Shown one piece after another: positions 9,173 to 13,505 of a stretch of 13,505 nucleotides of DNA (position 1 is the first letter of the stretch; every line of letters begins with the position of its first letter). The stretch lies in NCBI GenBank assembly GCA_964437615.1, contig CAYTHL010000017.1, forward strand, positions 9,995 through 23,499. Reading direction: 5' to 3'. A program made the position numbers and the translations under genes. Origin of the DNA: an uncultured Lachnospiraceae bacterium (GTDB lineage: Bacteria; Bacillota; Clostridia; Christensenellales; UBA1242). The notes below the pieces were generated by a model that saw only the letters and a program-made list of their open reading frames with translations, searched no databases and was not told where the DNA came from.

Positions 9173-9201
9173 ATTTTAGCACAGGCAAAAGCTAAAATCA
9201 A
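9173..9201 (-). promoter_or_regulatory. promoter of the 379-aa gene
   Basis: On the minus strand: TTGATT (9201..9196), 17 nt spacer, TGcTAAAAT (TAAAAT = 9178..9173). Confidence 0.55.
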
Positions 9202-9251
9202 TACCCAATTTAAAAAAATTTGCGGCAAGCTTGCTTTTGTTTAAAAAGTGC

Positions 9252-9279
9252 TTGACAACTTGCAAATTTTTGGTATAAA
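9252..9279 (+). promoter_or_regulatory. metG promoter
   Basis: TTGACA (9252-9257), 16 nt spacer, TGgTATAAA (9271-9279). It is divergent from the promoter at 9173-9201. Confidence 0.6.
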
Positions 9280-9283
9280 CTGC

Positions 9284-9433
9284 AGTCATGATTAATTTTG
9301 CCCAACAACAGCAACAGTAATTGCATGGGATAACCCGTATGCAACTATTTTGGGTGCTTTGGGGTAAAATATAATAGGTAAATCTCAAGGCACCGCAAGG
9401 TGCTTTTTGCGTTTTATAAAAAGGAGAAAATTT
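9284..9433 (+). promoter_or_regulatory. metG 5' leader with terminator/antiterminator alternative (attenuator; riboswitch or T-box-like class not assignable)
   Basis: The leader is about 150 nt. It has a hairpin TTGCAT-GGG-ATAA-CCC-GT-ATGCAA (9321-9344). The 8-mer GGTGCTTT occurs twice (9353-9360 and 9399-9406), and both copies are complementary to AAGGCACC (9387-9394). Confidence 0.55.
9387..9408 (+). terminator. leader (attenuator) terminator upstream of metG
   Basis: AAGGCACC, a GCAA loop and GGTGCTTT form an 8-bp stem (one G-U) with a GNRA loop. The stem runs into T5 (9404-9408), 26 nt before the start codon. Confidence 0.6.
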
Positions 9434-11440
9434 ATGAATAGTTTTAATGACCCAAGGTTAGATGCCATGATATCTCACCGTCCAGTTTTTGCTAAGCGTG
9501 CCATGATAACCAGCGGCATGCCTAACGGCAACAAATATCTGCATATGGGGCATGCTATGATGGCGGTGCATGCAGACATTTTTGCGCGCTTTATGCGGGA
9601 TAGAATAGGAGCAGAAAATGTGCTGCATGTGTCTGGCACTGACAGTTTTGGCAGCCCCGTAGAAGAAGGTTACAGAAAGGCGGTCGAGGCCAAAGAGTTT
9701 AGTGGCAGCATAAAGGAATTTGCCCTAAGCAAACGAGAATTTCAAAAAAAGACCTTTGACGAGTACCAAATTGGCATAAATTTGTACTCTGGTAGCTGCA
9801 CAGATGAGGCTTTGCCCTTTCATGAAGAAACAGGGGCATGGATTTTTGACACTCTTCTTAAAAATGGCCATTTAAAAAAGCTATCTACCTATCAGTTTTA
9901 CGACCAAAGGCTTGGCTGCTTTTTAAACGGGCGTCAGGTTGTTGGCAAATGTCCAATAGACGGCTGCACGGCCGAGCGCGGATATGCCGACGAGTGCGAC
10001 CTTGGGCATCAGTACATGCCAAGTCAATTAATAGACCCAATCAGCGTGCAGAGCGGCGAAAAACCTATCTTAAAAAAGGTGGACAACTGGTACTTTGACC
10101 TAGATAAGCACACTGCCCTGCTGCAAGACTGGACAAATTATTTAAAATCTAATACACCTACGCGCGACTACATTATTAAAACAATAAATGAGTTTTTAAA
10201 GTTGCCCGAAATTTACATTAAAAAGGATTTTGAGGCAAAAGTTGACAAAATGAGCAGCACTCTGCCGCCATTTATCAAAAAAGGCGACACAAAAAACAGC
10301 TTCACCATTGTTTTTGACAAACTAGAAGACCGTGAAGATGCATGCGAAAAACTTACGGCGGCGGGCATTACCTACCGAACAGGCAAAACCCTTGTGCCGT
10401 TTAGGCTAACAGGGGACTGCCAGTGGGGTCTTAAATGCCCTAAAACTGCTGGGGATAACCTCACTTTTTGGGTGTGGCCAGAAAGTCTTTGGGCGCCAAT
10501 AAGTTTTACTAAGCAGTGGTTAGCCCAAAACGGAAAAAATAAAGACCGTTGGGTGGATTATTGGTGCAGTAAAGACTGCAAAGTCTACCAGTTTATCGGC
10601 GAAGATAACATATATTTTTACGGCCCAGCGCAAACAGCCATGTGGCTATGCATGCAAGGCGAAAATCCAAGCATGGATATACCCACGGGAGGTTTAACAA
10701 TTCCGCAAATTGTCAGTGACAAGCACTTGCTATTTTTGGGCAAGAAAGCCAGCAGTAGCGGAAGCGTAAAACCGCCGCTAGCGCACGAGTTACTAAATTA
10801 TTACACGGCCGAGCAACTGCGCATGCACTTTTTGGGACTTAATGTGGCAAACAATCCAGCAAGTTTTTGCCCTAAGCCATTTAACCCAGAAGCCAAGCCA
10901 GAAGACGCCGACCCCGTTGTTAAAGAAGGCAATCTACTAACCAATGTATTTAACCGTGTTCTGCGCTCTTTGTGCTATACATGGCAAAAGGACTATAGCG
11001 GCATTATGCCTTATGGCGAGCCAAGCGTAGACGTTCAAAAAGAGGCAACTTTGGTGCTGCTAAAATACGAAAAACTGATGAGCGAGCAGAAATTGCACAT
11101 GGTTAGTTACGAACTAGACACATATATAAGAAATATGAACAAACTTTGGGCTAAAAATTCGGCACTTTTTGCAAACGACCAAGGCCTAGAAACACAGACC
11201 ATTGTTGACGAACTACACATGGTGCGCACGGCGCTATTAATGCTCCACCCTGTTGTGCCTGTTGGAACGCAGTTTGTTGCAGACTTTTTGGGGCTAGATA
11301 GCGGCATCTTTAACTGGCAAAATGTAGACAAAAATATTTATGCCTTTGTAAAGGATGCAAAAAATCACAAGCCAACTTTTCTAGAACCTAAAACCGACTT
11401 TTTTAAAAAACACCCAAGCCAATACGAAACCGAGGAATAA
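9434..11440 (+). CDS. metG: methionyl-tRNA synthetase, divergent form
   Basis: It aligns by eye along E. coli MetRS. The HIGH region is YLHMGH and the knuckle region is GKCPIDGC...ADECDLGH. Other matches are FWVWPESLWAPIS, QFIGEDNIYFY and an anticodon-domain NKLWAK. The KMSKS position reads KASSS. ATG 9434 has AAGGAG 7 nt upstream, whereas the track start at 9407 is a TTG inside the terminator. Confidence 0.85.
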   Translation: MNSFNDPRLDAMISHRPVFAKRAMITSGMPNGNKYLHMGHAMMAVHADIFARFMRDRIGAENVLHVSGTDSFGSPVEEGYRKAVEAKEFSGSIKEFALSKREFQKKTFDEYQIGINLYSGSCTDEALPFHEETGAWIFDTLLKNGHLKKLSTYQFYDQRLGCFLNGRQVVGKCPIDGCTAERGYADECDLGHQYMPSQLIDPISVQSGEKPILKKVDNWYFDLDKHTALLQDWTNYLKSNTPTRDYIIKTINEFLKLPEIYIKKDFEAKVDKMSSTLPPFIKKGDTKNSFTIVFDKLEDREDACEKLTAAGITYRTGKTLVPFRLTGDCQWGLKCPKTAGDNLTFWVWPESLWAPISFTKQWLAQNGKNKDRWVDYWCSKDCKVYQFIGEDNIYFYGPAQTAMWLCMQGENPSMDIPTGGLTIPQIVSDKHLLFLGKKASSSGSVKPPLAHELLNYYTAEQLRMHFLGLNVANNPASFCPKPFNPEAKPEDADPVVKEGNLLTNVFNRVLRSLCYTWQKDYSGIMPYGEPSVDVQKEATLVLLKYEKLMSEQKLHMVSYELDTYIRNMNKLWAKNSALFANDQGLETQTIVDELHMVRTALLMLHPVVPVGTQFVADFLGLDSGIFNWQNVDKNIYAFVKDAKNHKPTFLEPKTDFFKKHPSQYETEE

Positions 11441-11772
11441 AAATTTTTTAGCAACACTAAATTGATAAAATTTGCAAACTTATTTTTAGCAAAAACGCAG
11501 AACTTTTAATTGATGCATTTTTGTTGCCAAAAATATACTAACATAAATTGCCTTTATGTAAATAATCACTTTATTTGCAAAATTTTTTACAAATAATTTA
11601 ATAAAATTGTTTGTACTGCCGCAGCTGTGTTATTTATTAATTTTTAATAATTGTTATTCCTCATAGAAATAATTTTAATTTACCAATGTTTCACAAAAAG
11701 TATAAATGTTTAATTGCAAAAATTGATATAAATTTGGGCAATTTTAGTCATATAAACAAATTAAAATGACAA

Positions 11773-11785
11773 AAGTTATTAACAA
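11773..11785. repeat. extra copy of the palindrome half-site AAGTTATTAACAA
   Basis: This 13-mer is identical to the left arm of the 29-nt palindrome 73 nt downstream. Confidence 0.7.
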
Positions 11786-11801
11786 TTTCAACAAAAACTA
11801 T

Positions 11802-11841
11802 GTTAAAAACTACCAACTTTTGTTAATTTTACCCCACTTTT
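11802..11841 (+). repeat. two adjacent related 20-mers (GTTAAAAACTACCAACTTTT / GTTAATTTTACCCCACTTTT)
   Basis: The two units are direct tandem repeats with 13/20 identical positions. A third related unit, GTTAATAACTTCCCCTTTT, lies at 11864-11882 and overlaps the right palindrome arm. Confidence 0.45.
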
Positions 11842-11845
11842 CAAC

Positions 11846-11874
11846 AAGTTATTAACAAATTTTGTTAATAACTT
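11846..11874. repeat. perfect 29-nt palindrome AAGTTATTAACAAA-T-TTTGTTAATAACTT (operator-like)
   Basis: I checked it base by base: 14-bp arms, a single central nucleotide and no mismatch. Confidence 0.9.
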
Positions 11875-11988
11875 CCCCTTTTGCTCAAAAATTCAATTAT
11901 TTTTTACTATTTTACCATTTTGCCCTAAAAATGATTATTGTAGCCCAAAACTACATTTTTATTTGCTGCCATTTAGTGTCCGCCAAGT

Positions 11989-12042
11989 ATGGATAAAAAA
12001 TATTCTTTTATAGCCGGTATAAACAGTTTCTTCTACTGGTAG
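11989..12042 (+). pseudogene. possible 5' remnant of a cas9 gene (17 codons, MDKKYSFIAGINSFFYW*)
   Basis: The first six residues equal the MDKKYS start of S. pyogenes-type Cas9. The following I..NS...W loosely echoes the RuvC-I IGLDIGTNSVGW motif, but the catalytic Asp is absent. There is no SD and a stop follows after 17 codons. It lies 53 nt upstream of the tracrRNA-like promoter. Confidence 0.25.
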
Positions 12043-12094
12043 GCATTTCACTTCCACAACACCTGCTTAAAAACATAAAATATTATTAAAAAGG

Positions 12095-12123
12095 TTGACA
12101 AAATTATACTTATATTGTATTAT
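12095..12123 (+). promoter_or_regulatory. promoter of the tracrRNA-like small RNA
   Basis: TTGACA (12095-12100), 17 nt spacer, TATTAT (12118-12123) directly preceded by TG. Confidence 0.65.
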
Positions 12124-12129
12124 AAAAAT

Positions 12130-12250
12130 GTAACTTATACCATACCAAATTAAAATAGGTTACTAAAATAAAGATAATCGTAAGATTATCGTAGGTAATT
12201 CTTAATGAATTATCCAGTAAGTGGCAGCAACTATGGTTGCCGCCTTTTTT
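12130..12250 (+). ncRNA. tracrRNA-like small RNA (type II CRISPR anti-repeat plus three 3' hairpins)
   Basis: It is bounded by the promoter above and a terminator. Positions 12135-12169 can pair with the repeat at 12319-12351 (about 28 bp by hand). ACTAAAATAAAGA (12162-12174) matches the anti-repeat/nexus junction of the C. jejuni Cas9 tracrRNA as I remember it. The 3' hairpins are GATAATC-GTAA-GATTATC (12173-12190), GTAATTC-TTAAT-GAATTAT (12195-12213) and the terminator. Confidence 0.65.
12223..12250 (+). terminator. intrinsic terminator of the tracrRNA-like RNA
   Basis: GGCAGCAAC, a TATG loop and GTTGCCGCC form a 9-bp stem with one A/C mismatch, followed by T6 (12245-12250). Confidence 0.7.
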
Positions 12251-12260
12251 GTTGTTTAAC

Positions 12261-12288
12261 TTGCCCCTTTATTTTGGTATGGTATAAT
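12261..12288 (+). promoter_or_regulatory. repeat-embedded promoter in R0 (would start the crRNA inside the spacer)
   Basis: TTGCCC (12261-12266), 16 nt spacer, TGgTATAAT (12280-12288). The predicted start near 12293-12296 would leave about 23-26 nt of spacer followed by R1. Confidence 0.55.
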
Positions 12289-12343
12289 TGTAAGTGCCCC
12301 GTTTCGCCAAGCAATGTCGTTTTAGTTCCCCTTTAAATTTGTT

Positions 12344-12352
12344 TGCTATAAT
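12344..12352 (+). promoter_or_regulatory. extended -10 element embedded in R1
   Basis: TGcTATAAT sits at the 3' end of the repeat with no good -35. This matches the repeat-internal promoters described for type II-C arrays. Confidence 0.4.
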
Positions 12353-12414
12353 TTTTACCCTCATAACAATATAAAAACGATGCTTTAGGCTTTTTGTTGC
12401 AAAATTTTTCCCTA

Positions 12415-12443
12415 TTGACAGAAAGAAAAAAGTATGATACAAT
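12415..12443 (+). promoter_or_regulatory. promoter of the 345-aa gene
   Basis: TTGACA (12415-12420), 17 nt spacer, TGaTACAAT (12435-12443). AAGGGAG (12454-12460) lies 7 nt before ATG 12468. Confidence 0.65.
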
Positions 12444-12467
12444 GCTACCTGTTAAGGGAGAAAAGAT

Positions 12468-13505
12468 ATGGAATCTATTAATTTAGAATCATCAATTAAT
12501 AATTACCTAAAATTAAAGTTAAAAGAACAAAAAATAAATAAAGCCATAATGAAAATTACTGACGAGATTGGCACTAATAATTCTCTTCAAAAGATAATGG
12601 AATCTCATGAAATTATTGATAAGTCTGCTAATGAGGCTTTTGCAAAGGATTGCGAACCCGTTATGGATCGGTTAAATCAATATGTTAAAATAATTGTAAC
12701 CCCAGGGGTTGAGTATAACTGTAAAAATATTATTGTTAATCTTATGGGCTCAGATTATCTTTTGGCTAATTTTCCAAGTGAATCTAATGTTTTATATCTA
12801 GATGAAAAATCAACAGCAGCGCTAAGCAAATTTGAACAAATAGTAAATCTTTCACCAGAAGTTCAGTTGGGTGTTTTGGGTATGAAAATGAAAAAATATT
12901 ATGAGAATATTTGTTTTGATAATGAGGAATATGAATTAAAAGTTAAAATATATAATAGCCAAAAATTTCCAGCCGATAATAAGGTCACCCGCCATCTTTT
13001 TAAAAGTAAACTAAGGTATAAAGACAGACTTCAAGAAGAAATTAATAACTACAAAGTTTCTCATGATTATTATGAAGAAAATAAAGAAACAATTAAAGCT
13101 GTGCTTAATGATGATAAAATTGTGCTAAGAAAATTAATTGATGCAAATATTGCTAAGTTTTATGAGATAAAAAAATTAATTGAAGAATTTTGTGAACTTC
13201 GCAAGAAACATTTTGAATCTAAGGAGTATAAAGAGTCCTCGCAAAAATTAGAATTTGCAGTTCAGGCAGAAAATAAAAAGAAAGAATTACAAAAAAATTT
13301 AGGTGTAATTAAAAAACAGAGTAAAAATGAGTTTGAAAATATTGAAAATTTAGCTATATCATGCGCTAAAGAAAATACAAACAAGGTAATGGATGTTTTA
13401 CAATTAATAGATGAATCTAAGTTATCAAAAGAAGACAAAGACAAGCTAAAAGATCATGTTTATTCTTCATTGTCTTCAAATTTGGTAAATGTATATAACG
13501 GATAG
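12468..13505 (+). CDS. hypothetical Lys/Glu/Asn-rich, probably coiled-coil protein (345 aa), no recognisable family
   Basis: The ORF is complete, and its TAG stop is the last codon of the window. It has a strong SD and promoter. A 345-codon open frame in DNA this AT-rich is very unlikely by chance. No signal peptide, TM segment or catalytic motif is recognisable. Confidence 0.8.
   Translation: MESINLESSINNYLKLKLKEQKINKAIMKITDEIGTNNSLQKIMESHEIIDKSANEAFAKDCEPVMDRLNQYVKIIVTPGVEYNCKNIIVNLMGSDYLLANFPSESNVLYLDEKSTAALSKFEQIVNLSPEVQLGVLGMKMKKYYENICFDNEEYELKVKIYNSQKFPADNKVTRHLFKSKLRYKDRLQEEINNYKVSHDYYEENKETIKAVLNDDKIVLRKLIDANIAKFYEIKKLIEEFCELRKKHFESKEYKESSQKLEFAVQAENKKKELQKNLGVIKKQSKNEFENIENLAISCAKENTNKVMDVLQLIDESKLSKEDKDKLKDHVYSSLSSNLVNVYNG

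Larger units (their letters stand above)
12254..12354 (+). CRISPR. mini CRISPR array: degenerate repeat R0 (12254-12290), 28-nt spacer (12291-12318), repeat R1 (12319-12354)
   Basis: R1 is GTTTTAGTTCCCCTTTAAATTTGTTTGCTATAATTT. It closely resembles the 36-nt C. jejuni type II-C repeat GTTTTAGTCCCTTTTTAAATTTCTTTATGGTAAAAT (recalled from memory). R0 is GTTTAACTTGCCCCTTTATTTTGGTATGGTATAATTG, about 28 of 36 positions shared with R1. R0 contains a 15-mer (12273-12287) that is the exact reverse complement of tracr positions 12135-12149. Confidence 0.6.

Noticed and set aside
9226-9235. The 10-nt palindrome GCAAGCTTGC between the divergent promoters.
   Set aside because: It is short, contains a common restriction-site palindrome, is single copy and overlaps neither the -35 nor the -10 box.
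9176-9388. A 70-aa minus-strand ORF between the 379-aa gene and metG.
   Set aside because: It spans two divergent promoters and the metG leader. It is Cys-rich nonsense (CNYCCCCW) with no SD.
9321-9412. Calling the metG leader a canonical T-box riboswitch.
   Set aside because: There is not enough sequence for Stem I, a specifier loop or a K-turn. The T-box 14-mer is only weakly matched, and I could not place a UGGN bulge. I report it only as an unclassified attenuator.
11617-11632. CTGCCGCAGCTG after metG as a possible terminator.
   Set aside because: The stem is at most 4 bp with a 1-nt loop, which is sterically impossible, and no T-tract follows.
11981-11991. The spacer shares CGCCAAG with the sequence just before the MDKKYS start codon, which could suggest self-targeting or autoregulation.
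   Set aside because: Only a 7-mer core matches, and the flanks do not. About one or two such matches are expected by chance in 27 kb of two-strand sequence.
12130-12162. The intramolecular hairpin GTAACTTAT/ATAGGTTAC within the anti-repeat as a separate functional element.
   Set aside because: It is 9 bp with a 16-nt loop and competes with the far longer repeat pairing. It is most simply a by-product of the anti-repeat sequence.
12355-12414. I looked for a third repeat about 30 nt after R1.
   Set aside because: Nothing resembling GTTTTAG...TATAAT is present. The array stops at two repeats.

Overview
The window looks like low-GC Gram-positive-type chromosome: AAGGAG-type Shine-Dalgarno sites, TTGACA/extended -10 promoters and T-tailed hairpin terminators. 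Positions 1-11440 are mostly housekeeping. The minus strand carries a surface-polysaccharide module (small phosphoglycosyl/sugar transferase, then uppS, then a partial pyruvyl transferase), a doubtful 145-aa ORF, a polytopic membrane protein, phosphoketolase (xfp), a YnbB/'aluminium resistance'-type PLP enzyme and a free-standing 379-aa orphan protein. metG lies on the plus strand behind an attenuator-type leader. After metG the sequence changes character. About 1 kb (11441-12467) is very AT-rich with no ORF of 60 aa or more. It contains a perfect 29-nt palindrome with related half-sites, a 17-codon ORF beginning MDKKYS (like the Cas9 N-terminus), and a promoter-to-terminator unit of about 120 nt that looks like a type II tracrRNA. 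A two-repeat, one-spacer mini-CRISPR follows, and its repeats carry their own extended -10 promoters, as in type II-C arrays. No cas gene is in the window. Directly downstream, behind a near-consensus promoter, is a very AT-rich 345-aa Lys/Glu/Asn-rich protein of unknown function whose stop codon is the last base of the window. The main lead is this orphan tracrRNA/crRNA module and its neighbours. All family calls come from motif recognition by eye, with no searches run.
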